Shown in pieces: positions 56,766-64,000 of a stretch of DNA of 64,000 nt (positions within the stretch are counted from its first letter, which is position 1; every line of letters starts with the position of its first letter). Source of the stretch: a virus; the IMG/VR virus record IMGVR_UViG_3300029049_000006; one strand, written 5' to 3'. The notes below the pieces were generated by a model, which saw only the letters and a list, made by a program, of their open reading frames with translations, did no database searches and was not told where the DNA came from. Both the position numbers and the translations under genes were made by a program.

Positions 56766-58256
56766 ATGCACCAGGACACCGACGCAGAAAATGCCGCCAG
56801 TCAGAGCCGGTTGAACGAAACCGCCATGCTGATTCCCCGGCTGCTGTTAAAAGCCCGTACTGATTTTATTGCATTTTTGCTTGCCATTTCCGACGACGAA
56901 TCCGGCTACATCCTGTCCCGAATGCACCTGTTTATTGCGGGCAAGCTCAATGATACCGTCACCCGGAAGGACGTGCCGAGGAATTACACTATTTCCGTAC
57001 CACCCCAGCACGGGAAGTCCTCCCTGATTGTGCGGTATGTCGCGTGGCTGGTTGGGTCTTATCCCAGATTGTGCGTTGCCCTGACCGGCTTCTCCGCTGA
57101 ATTGATGGGTCAGATGCTCCGGCAGGTCACATCCATTATGGATTTGCCCGTGTACCAGGTAATTTTTCCCGGAGTGAAAGTGAAGCCGAAGGATGACCGC
57201 TGGGACTATAAACGGTTCACCAATGACGCTATTATTTATGCTAAGCCGGCAGGCTCCAAGCTGACCGGGAGGCGGGTGGACATCCTCATTATTGACGACC
57301 CCCATGCCGGACGTGCCGAAGCCGAATCCCCCACTATCCGCAACCGCGTTGTGCAGTGGGCAGTTGCAGACTGCTTTTCCCGCCTTTCGCCTCATTGGCG
57401 GGTGTTTGTCATTGGAACCCGGTGGCATCCGGAAGACCTCATTGGACATCTCACCGGGCGGGAATACAATAAACGGCTTGAAATGCTTGGCAATACCGCC
57501 ATGAAATTTGAAGTCATCAAGATTCCCGCTATCTGCGAAGACCCGGCTACCGACCCCCTGGGGCGGAAGGCTGGGGAAGTAGCATTCCCGGAAGAGCGTG
57601 ACTTGGAGTTTTTAACATCCATCCGTGGGGCCATGACTACGACAGAATGGAAATCCCAGTATCAGCAGGAGCCGGTCACGTCCAAGGGCGGGCAGGTCAA
57701 CGCGGACGATTTTAACCTCATTTCCCCGGAGGAAGTGCCGTGGAGCGAGCTGACGGCCATAGGCTCCGGCTGGGACTTGGCCGCAACCGACAAAACGGCA
57801 TCCGACTGGACCGTGGGCGCATGCGGGGCGCGGACAAAGGATGGCCGCCTGTATATTTTCGACCAGTTCCGCAGGCAAATGCAGATTCCAAAACTGCTTC
57901 CGGCCATTGAAGCCCGCGCCCTGGCGTGGAAAGATATGTACGGGGCCAATCAGCTGGGCGTGGAAGGCGTGGGGGGCATGGTGGGGTATTATCAGCAGCT
58001 CCGGCAAATGCTCCTGGGAAAAATCAGCGTGCGGCTCAAAAATCCCCCGGTCAAAGGAGGGGGAAAACTGGTGCGGGCGCAAAACTGGCTGGCTCTGGTG
58101 GAGGCAAAAAAAGTGTATCTGGTACAGGCTCCCTGGGTGCGGTCGTTTCTGGAAGAGGTGGAAGTATTCCCGGACGGGGACCACGATGACCAGGTGGACA
58201 GCGTATCCATTCTTTACGAGCTTCTGTTTCTCTCCGCCCGCATTCTGGTCGGATAG
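56766..58256 (+). CDS. terminase large subunit
   Basis: PQHGKSS P-loop, VDILIIDDPH Walker B, VIGTRWH, C-terminal RNase-H-like nuclease with DLAATDK and DHDDQVDS. Confidence 0.8.
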   Translation: MHQDTDAENAASQSRLNETAMLIPRLLLKARTDFIAFLLAISDDESGYILSRMHLFIAGKLNDTVTRKDVPRNYTISVPPQHGKSSLIVRYVAWLVGSYPRLCVALTGFSAELMGQMLRQVTSIMDLPVYQVIFPGVKVKPKDDRWDYKRFTNDAIIYAKPAGSKLTGRRVDILIIDDPHAGRAEAESPTIRNRVVQWAVADCFSRLSPHWRVFVIGTRWHPEDLIGHLTGREYNKRLEMLGNTAMKFEVIKIPAICEDPATDPLGRKAGEVAFPEERDLEFLTSIRGAMTTTEWKSQYQQEPVTSKGGQVNADDFNLISPEEVPWSELTAIGSGWDLAATDKTASDWTVGACGARTKDGRLYIFDQFRRQMQIPKLLPAIEARALAWKDMYGANQLGVEGVGGMVGYYQQLRQMLLGKISVRLKNPPVKGGGKLVRAQNWLALVEAKKVYLVQAPWVRSFLEEVEVFPDGDHDDQVDSVSILYELLFLSARILVG

Positions 58257-58266
58257 GCCGTCAATA

Positions 58267-58289
58267 AAATTTGCAATGATTGCAAATTT
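58267..58289. promoter_or_regulatory. 21-bp palindrome copy
   Basis: AAATTTGCAATGATTGCAAATTT. Confidence 0.8.
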
Positions 58290-58608
58290 CAGAGACCGCG
58301 CCCAAAAGCTTTTTTCCTTTACTTTTCACTTTTCCGGCACAAACAATACCAGCCCATGAAGTTCCACAGCCTTTCCATGCTTTTTACGCTCCGTGGCCCT
58401 CCCCGCCCTGTTTTTCAGCTTGTCCCCCAGGCAATCCGCGAACGGTCGGATGCGCGAGGACGGGAACGCATCATTTCCCGCGTCTGAAATAAATGGCTTT
58501 CACCATCAGGCGCAATCTCCGCATTTCCTTTTTCTGTTGCCTTCGCCGGATTGCCCCCCCTCGTCAGGAAGGGAACGGCAAACCGTAACCATAAACAAAA
58601 AGATAGAA

Positions 58609-59484
58609 ATGACAGTTCAAACCTTACCGGCAACCGTGCCGGACAGCGTTTCTGCGACCTTGCGCGTCGTCATGAAGCCCGTGGAATCAATTCACCCCTA
58701 CGAAAATAACCCCCGCTACAACGACAGCGCGGTTCCCTACGTCAAAAACTCAATTCAGGAGTTCGGCTTCAAGGTTCCGATTATCGTCGATGAAGCCGGA
58801 AGCATTGTCTGCGGTCACACGAGGTACAAGGTGGCCCTGGAATTGGGCATGAGCCATGTGCCTTGCATTGTCGCTTCGGATTTGACCCCAAAGCAGATTC
58901 AGGCGTTCCGCCTTGTTGATAACAAGGTGTCGGAGTTTTCAAGCTGGGATTTTTCCAAACTTGAAATTGAGATAGGGGAGCTGGATGCCGAATTTAATCT
59001 TGATGACTTCGGTTTTTTCTCCGATTCAGAGCGGGCGGGAAGCTCGCCGGCGGATGTGGGCAGTGCCGCAGAAATGCAGGATGATACTGCGAGGGATGAC
59101 CGGAATATCTATACAGGACGCATCATTACTCCGGTTTATGAAATTACCGGGGATTGTCCAAAAACCGAAGAGCTGGTTGACCGCACCAGAGCGGAATCCC
59201 TGCTGGAAGAGATTGACCGGACCCCAGGGCTTCCGGATGCCGTGCGTGACTTTTTGCGTATTGCCGCCATGCGGCACTATGTCCTGCATTTCGACAGGAT
59301 AGCCGAGTTTTACGCCCATGCGGTCCCTCCTGTGCAGCGGCTCATGGAAAACTCCTGTCTGGTCATTATTGATTATGACCGCGCCATTGAACTTGGATAT
59401 GTGCAAATGGCACGTGCCCTGGCCGATGAATATGACCGAGAATACCCGGAAGGGGAAGAACAGGAAGGAGGCAGCGAATCATGA
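58609..59484 (+). CDS. ParB-like nuclease-domain protein with conserved C-terminal domain (paralog A)
   Basis: IHPYENNPRYNDSAVPYVKNSIQEFGFKVPIIVDEAGSIVCGHTRYKVALELG matches ParB/Srx N-terminal domain (NPR...SI...G...P..V....G..R..A); C-terminal domain shared with 62638..63480. Confidence 0.6.
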   Translation: MTVQTLPATVPDSVSATLRVVMKPVESIHPYENNPRYNDSAVPYVKNSIQEFGFKVPIIVDEAGSIVCGHTRYKVALELGMSHVPCIVASDLTPKQIQAFRLVDNKVSEFSSWDFSKLEIEIGELDAEFNLDDFGFFSDSERAGSSPADVGSAAEMQDDTARDDRNIYTGRIITPVYEITGDCPKTEELVDRTRAESLLEEIDRTPGLPDAVRDFLRIAAMRHYVLHFDRIAEFYAHAVPPVQRLMENSCLVIIDYDRAIELGYVQMARALADEYDREYPEGEEQEGGSES

Positions 59485-60416
59485 TGCGGCACTCTGATTT
59501 CTGCGTCCTGATTATTTCCCATGGACGGGCCGGGAGGGTGAAAACCCTGAACGCGCTTGAGCGTTTTGGCTATAGCGGCCCCTGGTACATTATTATCGAC
59601 AATGAGGATTCACAGGCCGGGGACTACCTTAATTGCTATGGGAGTGACCACGTTGTTGTTTTTGATAAACCCCTTGAGGCATCCAGGCTGGACATAGCGG
59701 ATAATTTTACAGGCCGTCTTGGGCGCAAAAGTACCGTGTACGTACGCAATGCGAGCTTTGACATTGCCCGCCGCCTGGGATTCCGGTATTTCATGGTGCT
59801 GGACGACGATTACGACTATTTCCGTTTCGTATTGGACAGCAACCGCCGCTATACTTGCCGGCGCTGTACCTGTCTGGACACAATCCTTGACATCTGCCTC
59901 GATTACTTCACCCGTACACCGGCCCTTGCCACCATAGCGTGGCTTCAAGGCGGCGACCTGCTGGGAGGGGCCAACTCCAACAGCCTTTTCAGCCTCCGGC
60001 GAAAAGCCATGAACAGTTTTATCTGTGACACGGAACGCCCCTTTTCCTTCATGGGCCGGTTTAATGAAGACGTGAACACCTACATCACTCACGGAAACCG
60101 GGGAGTGATCATGTTCTCAATTACGGAATTGGCGCTTAACCAGGCCAGCACCCAGCAGACGACGGGAGGGATGACGGAAGCCTACCAGGAAAACGGAACC
60201 TACGTGAAATCGTTTTACAGTGTCATGCATATGCCGTCTGCGGTGAAAATCCGGACAATGGGCGAACATTACCGAAGAATCCACCATGCTATTACATGGA
60301 ATAATTGTGTGCCGAAAATCATCCGTCCGGAGTACCAGAAACCGGATATTGTGCGGGGTGACAGAAGAAAACGCGGCAGGAGCCGAAAAAAACTGCTTGC
60401 AATTCCGGCCCCTTAA
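59481..60416 (+). CDS. hypothetical protein with DxD-like LDDDY motif (possible GT-A-fold nucleotide-sugar transferase), paralog A
   Basis: FCVLIISHGRAGRV...WYIIIDNEDS...FMVLDDDYDYF pattern resembles GT-A strand-loop-DxD layout; ATGA overlap with ParB-like gene. Confidence 0.4.
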   Translation: MMRHSDFCVLIISHGRAGRVKTLNALERFGYSGPWYIIIDNEDSQAGDYLNCYGSDHVVVFDKPLEASRLDIADNFTGRLGRKSTVYVRNASFDIARRLGFRYFMVLDDDYDYFRFVLDSNRRYTCRRCTCLDTILDICLDYFTRTPALATIAWLQGGDLLGGANSNSLFSLRRKAMNSFICDTERPFSFMGRFNEDVNTYITHGNRGVIMFSITELALNQASTQQTTGGMTEAYQENGTYVKSFYSVMHMPSAVKIRTMGEHYRRIHHAITWNNCVPKIIRPEYQKPDIVRGDRRKRGRSRKKLLAIPAP

Positions 60417-60538
60417 TAGGATATTGCGATTGTTACCCGCCCAACGGGAACCCGACAACAACCAATAATAGCTGCTATCCAGAAAAGACAAGCCCCCGGC
60501 CCCTTCCTGCATCCCACCCGCGTATCGGATTGCCTGTC

Positions 60539-60928
60539 ATGTGTACTGCAGGAAACCGGGGGCTTGTTTTCTTTCCCCCCTCAGGGTATAACGGCGGCGT
60601 TATGATTGCCTTGAATACTCCTATTGCCACCATACCGGGGCGCCGGTACTGCATCACCACAGTATCTTCCGTCCAGGTGATTGCCGTCATTGACGACGAA
60701 GAGTTTGATTTGCTGGGGGGCCTTCCCATTACTGGCCAGGCGCAATTTGTCGCCCCCACGGACCACATTGAGGTGCGTGACGCGTCAGCCCCGGAAGAAG
60801 GGGCGGCGGCCAGCGCATCGGAATCATCCCCAGAAACGTCAAGCGTCATGTTTGACGGCTCTGCAACGCCCCTTGCCGGAGACGCGGCTTCCGTGTCCGG
60901 GAGCATCGTCGAAATTGTACGCAGTTGA
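60539..60928 (+). CDS. hypothetical protein
   Basis: In-frame ATG of ORF 60530..60928; opposite-strand ORF looks like an antisense artifact. Confidence 0.3.
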   Translation: MCTAGNRGLVFFPPSGYNGGVMIALNTPIATIPGRRYCITTVSSVQVIAVIDDEEFDLLGGLPITGQAQFVAPTDHIEVRDASAPEEGAAASASESSPETSSVMFDGSATPLAGDAASVSGSIVEIVRS

Positions 60929-61220
60929 CAAGCTATCCCGGATTTGGCAGGATGCTCCCTGCATGCGCGACGCGCTTCAAAGGCGTGGATTGAGGCGATA
61001 AGGGCATGCTTTCGCAGGGTGTATGTGTGGGAGACGTAATGAGCTCTCCCCTTCCCCTGCGGCAAACGGGAACAACAAAAAAGGGGATGCCCTTCCTTTT
61101 TTCCAGGATGGCCGCAGTTTTCCGCTGTGGGGAAAGAAGGAAGGGTATTTTTCCGCCTCCAATTTTTCTTTTTATTCTTTGTGCCTGATGCAGATTCCTC
61201 CCCCCCCTGATAAATTCCGA

Positions 61221-61979
61221 ATGCACTGTATCATTCCCCTGAAAGCACGCTCTATGCGTTGCCCAGGAAAAAATTTCAGAACCTGCAACCCGTATCTTTC
61301 CGGGGGCCTGATTCCGCTGTGGGAAGTGTCGGCCAGGTACGTCAGGGGCGAGGGATGGGAACCAGTTATTTCCTGTGACAGTCCGGAATTGTTGCATGAT
61401 ATTTCCCGGCGCGGATATGAACGCACTGTTTTATGGCATCCTGACCCGGAATCCCCATATATGCAGGGCCACATCAGTCAGGTTGCCGCGCAGATTAACG
61501 CCGGGGATTCCGACCTGCTTTGCGTAGTCCAGGCAACTTCCCCGGTAAGACGGCCCGGACTGCTTCGGGACATGCACACCTTGATGTCATCCGATACCAA
61601 TATTCAGGTGGCTTTTACAGGGGAACGCCTGAAAATTTGCGGCATCCTGAATGGCTCTCTTTTTGGGCAGGATGAAAGCCAGTCCGCCCGGCACTGGTAC
61701 GACCACTATGACGGGGCGCTTTTACTACTGCGCTATGATACTCTGAAACGCTGCCCCCCCCGAACAGTCGTGCATCCAGGGCTGCTGTCCGGCCCCAGTG
61801 ATAAAGTGGCCGTGTTTTACCAGACCCTGCCTTGGTCATTCCAAATCGACACGGAAGACGATTATTCCTTTTATCTGCAACTGCGGCGGCCTGATGCGGA
61901 AAAACAGTCAGCCTTCCGCAAACGGTCGAACCCGTACCGGGTATATACAAAAAGCGCAGCCCCTGATGAATTGGCATGA
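61221..61979 (+). CDS. CMP-sugar synthetase (acylneuraminate/KDO cytidylyltransferase family, CTP_transf_3-like)
   Basis: HCIIPLKARSMRCPGKNFRTCNPYLSGGLIPLWEV (ilAR.nSKglP.KNl...G.pLi); VISCDSPEL; LLCVVQATSPVRRPGLLRD (QPTSPLR). Confidence 0.65.
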   Translation: MHCIIPLKARSMRCPGKNFRTCNPYLSGGLIPLWEVSARYVRGEGWEPVISCDSPELLHDISRRGYERTVLWHPDPESPYMQGHISQVAAQINAGDSDLLCVVQATSPVRRPGLLRDMHTLMSSDTNIQVAFTGERLKICGILNGSLFGQDESQSARHWYDHYDGALLLLRYDTLKRCPPRTVVHPGLLSGPSDKVAVFYQTLPWSFQIDTEDDYSFYLQLRRPDAEKQSAFRKRSNPYRVYTKSAAPDELA

Positions 61980-62575
61980 TTGTATTGGTAGGAAATGCCC
62001 AGGAATCCGAACACCGGCTTAAAGACTGCTCCGCTTTTATTGATTCCGGCAAGCCCCGGCTGGTGGTGAGGGTGTCGAAAATGTGCAACTATGATTCCGG
62101 AAAAACCGGAACGCGCTGTGACTGGGTGTTCCTCAACCCTAATCCCATGTACTGGACCTTTCCGCCAGAGCGCCGCCATTGGAATGTGCTTGCCGGGGCC
62201 AGTAAAATCATCATCACCTATCCCCCTCCCGGAAGCCTGAAAGAAGGGCCTTGCATTCCTCCGTACTGGCAAAAGGAAGAATACCGGTTTCTGCACCAGC
62301 ACCCTTTTCTGGAATATTTGCCGGAGGCGGTGTTCCGGGAAGGGATGGACCGGCGGCTGACGACGTTCGGATTTGCCCTGTGGGTGCTTTCGCGGCGTTT
62401 CCCGCATGAGCAGATAGCCCTGCATGGGTGCATTACCTCGCAGAATGCGTGGCGCCGTGTCCGCTGGTGCCCCTGGCACAATGGCGTTGGCGAGTTTGCC
62501 CTGTATGCCAATCTGTCCCGGAACGGTCGGATTTTCAGGCTGGACGGCGGCGAATTATGCTTTAATGAGGATTGA
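61976..62575 (+). CDS. hypothetical protein, CstII/GT42 sialyltransferase-like (tentative)
   Basis: MIVLVGNAQES ~ CstII KKVIIAGNGPS; GTRCDWVFLNPNPMYW ~ GKKCKAVFYNPSLF; ATGA overlap with cytidylyltransferase. Confidence 0.35.
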   Translation: MIVLVGNAQESEHRLKDCSAFIDSGKPRLVVRVSKMCNYDSGKTGTRCDWVFLNPNPMYWTFPPERRHWNVLAGASKIIITYPPPGSLKEGPCIPPYWQKEEYRFLHQHPFLEYLPEAVFREGMDRRLTTFGFALWVLSRRFPHEQIALHGCITSQNAWRRVRWCPWHNGVGEFALYANLSRNGRIFRLDGGELCFNED

Positions 62576-62597
62576 AACCATGCTAAGAATCCATGAG

Positions 62598-62619
62598 AAT
62601 TTGCAATCATTGCAAATTT
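62598..62619. promoter_or_regulatory. 21-bp palindrome copy
   Basis: AATTTGCAATCATTGCAAATTT. Confidence 0.8.
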
Positions 62620-62637
62620 CAAAAATCATTTTTACAC

Positions 62638-63480
62638 ATGGAAATTGTAGATATTGCCGTAAAAGACCTGGTTCCTTACGATAAAAATCCGCGCCGTAAT
62701 GATGAAGCGGCCGTCAAGGTGGCGGAATCCATTAAACAGTTCGGCTTTAAGATTCCTCTTGTGGTTGACCGCAATAATGTTGTTGTCTGCGGACACACCC
62801 GTTTAAAGGCCGCAAAAAAGTTAAAGCTTAAAACTGTTCCTTGCATCCGGGCTGACGATTTGTCGGAAGACCAAATCAAGGCGTTCCGTCTGGTGGACAA
62901 TCGGACGGCGGAAATCGCCGAATGGGATTTTGCCCTTTTAGAAGAGGAACTGGCGGACGTGCAGCTTGACATGACCGCCTTTGACTTCGGTGGGCTTTTG
63001 CCGGAAGAAGAGGGTGGGGGCGAAAACGGTCAGACCTCGGCGGGGGCCGGAAATGGAAGGGAGGAAGAAAGTGCATTACCGGATTCGCAAACTGCGGAAA
63101 ATATGTACACGCAGCGCATCGTCACTCCGGTTTATGAAGTTACCGGGGATTGCCCGGAAGTGTCTTCTCTGGTGGACAAGGGCAAAGCGGAAGCGCTGCT
63201 GGAATCCATTGACCAAGCCCAGGAACTCCCGGATGATGTGCGGGAGTTTTTACGCATCGCCGCTGCCAGGCATTATGTTTTGCATTTTGACCGCATTGCC
63301 GAATACTACGCCCATGCCCCGGCCCATATTCAGCGGCTCATGGAAGATTCCTGTCTGGTCATCATTGATTTTAATAAAGCCATTGAGCAGGGATATATCC
63401 GCATGTCCGAACGGTTGGCCGCGCTGGCCAGCATAGACGAACAGGGCGCAACGGAAGAAGAAGACGAAGCGGGCGAATAA
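62638..63480 (+). CDS. ParB-like nuclease-domain protein (paralog B)
   Basis: LVPYDKNPRRNDEAAVKVAESIKQFGFKIPLVVDRNNVVVCGHTRLKAAKKL; C-terminal domain nearly colinear with paralog A. Confidence 0.6.
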   Translation: MEIVDIAVKDLVPYDKNPRRNDEAAVKVAESIKQFGFKIPLVVDRNNVVVCGHTRLKAAKKLKLKTVPCIRADDLSEDQIKAFRLVDNRTAEIAEWDFALLEEELADVQLDMTAFDFGGLLPEEEGGGENGQTSAGAGNGREEESALPDSQTAENMYTQRIVTPVYEVTGDCPEVSSLVDKGKAEALLESIDQAQELPDDVREFLRIAAARHYVLHFDRIAEYYAHAPAHIQRLMEDSCLVIIDFNKAIEQGYIRMSERLAALASIDEQGATEEEDEAGE

Positions 63481-63525
63481 CACAGGCCGCTTTGATTTTT
63501 TTACCGCAATAACTTTTCTTTTTTT

Positions 63526-64000
63526 ATGCTGACGCATTCCGATTTTTGTACGTTTATTTTGTCTCATGGGCGGCCAAATAACATCAGAACTCTGCACCCA
63601 TTGTTAAACACCGGAAACTACAGCGGCCCCTGGTACATCGTCATCGACAATGAGGACCCCACGGCGGAAACCTATTATCAGCTTTACGGCTCCAACCGGG
63701 TAATCATGTTTGACAAGGAGGCCGAAGCCCGCCGTCTGGATATTGCAGATAATTTCATCCACATGAGCCGCAAGACTATTACCTATGCTCGTAATGCCTG
63801 TTATGACATTGCCAGAAACTTAGGCTACACGTATTTTTGGCAACTGGATGACGATTATTGCCGGTTCCGGTACGTAACCGACCAGGCCGGAAAATACGTG
63901 TACCACAGCATCCGCCACATGGACGAGGCGTTGAACGCGACGCTTGATTATTATAAAAGCGTTCCTTCCCTGACCCTGCTGTCCTGGATGCAGGGCGGGG
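63526..64000 (+). CDS. DxD-motif protein paralog B, 3'-truncated at window edge
   Basis: MLTHSDFCTFILSHGRPNN...WYIVIDNEDP...FWQLDDDYCRF colinear with 59481..60416. Confidence 0.45.
   Translation, partial: MLTHSDFCTFILSHGRPNNIRTLHPLLNTGNYSGPWYIVIDNEDPTAETYYQLYGSNRVIMFDKEAEARRLDIADNFIHMSRKTITYARNACYDIARNLGYTYFWQLDDDYCRFRYVTDQAGKYVYHSIRHMDEALNATLDYYKSVPSLTLLSWMQGG

Noticed and set aside
3841-62619. Palindrome family as a CRISPR array
   Set aside because: Copies are 0.1 to 10 kb apart and separated by full genes. There is no regular repeat-spacer periodicity and no cas genes. The Cas4-like nuclease is in a recombination context.

Overview
The window looks like a large tailed dsDNA phage or prophage segment of about 56% GC. 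All but one gene are on the + strand. In order, it carries: (1-17.2 kb) a morphogenesis module with an HK97-type prohead protease, a major capsid protein with an N-terminal coiled-coil delta-like domain, a gp6-like connector, a gp10-like protein, a small putative tail tube protein, a 1062-aa tape measure protein and an 827-aa tail fiber/tip protein with long poly-Ser linkers; (17.7-19.9 kb) two tandem GT25-family glycosyltransferases; (19.9-22.2 kb) a lysis region with a u-spanin-like lipoprotein, a ~500-bp AT-rich non-coding region, a holin and a GH24 endolysin; (22.5-43.7 kb) a replication/recombination module with an AAA+ ATPase interrupted by an HNH-intein in its P-loop, an initiator-like wHTH protein, a DnaB helicase, a family-A DNA polymerase, RNase H, a DnaG-like primase, an SSB with a DDDIPM tail, an SF2 helicase, a RecA-like recombinase, a Cas4/RecB-like nuclease and RuvC; (43.7-55.9 kb) an accessory/early-like region of more than 25 small ORFs, most driven by a repeated promoter plus structured-leader cassette, including a tandem array of zinc-ribbon paralogs; (55.9-58.3 kb) TerS/TerL; and (58.6 kb to the window end) a duplicated two-gene module (ParB-like nuclease-domain protein plus a DxD-motif protein) flanking a CMP-sugar synthetase overlapping a CstII/GT42-like gene. 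That last locus is a candidate novel phage-encoded glycosylation/modification system, possibly linked to the Ser-rich tail fiber, the GT25 pair or DNA. Eighteen copies of a 21-bp perfect palindrome AATTTGCAAT(C/G)ATTGCAAATT punctuate intergenic regions. Promoters look Bacteroidetes-like (TTG ... TAnnTTnn) and most genes lack a Shine-Dalgarno sequence, so a Bacteroidetes host of fairly high GC is inferred but not certain. No rRNA, tRNA or CRISPR array was recognised. All family assignments rest on motifs read by eye and should be confirmed with HMM searches.
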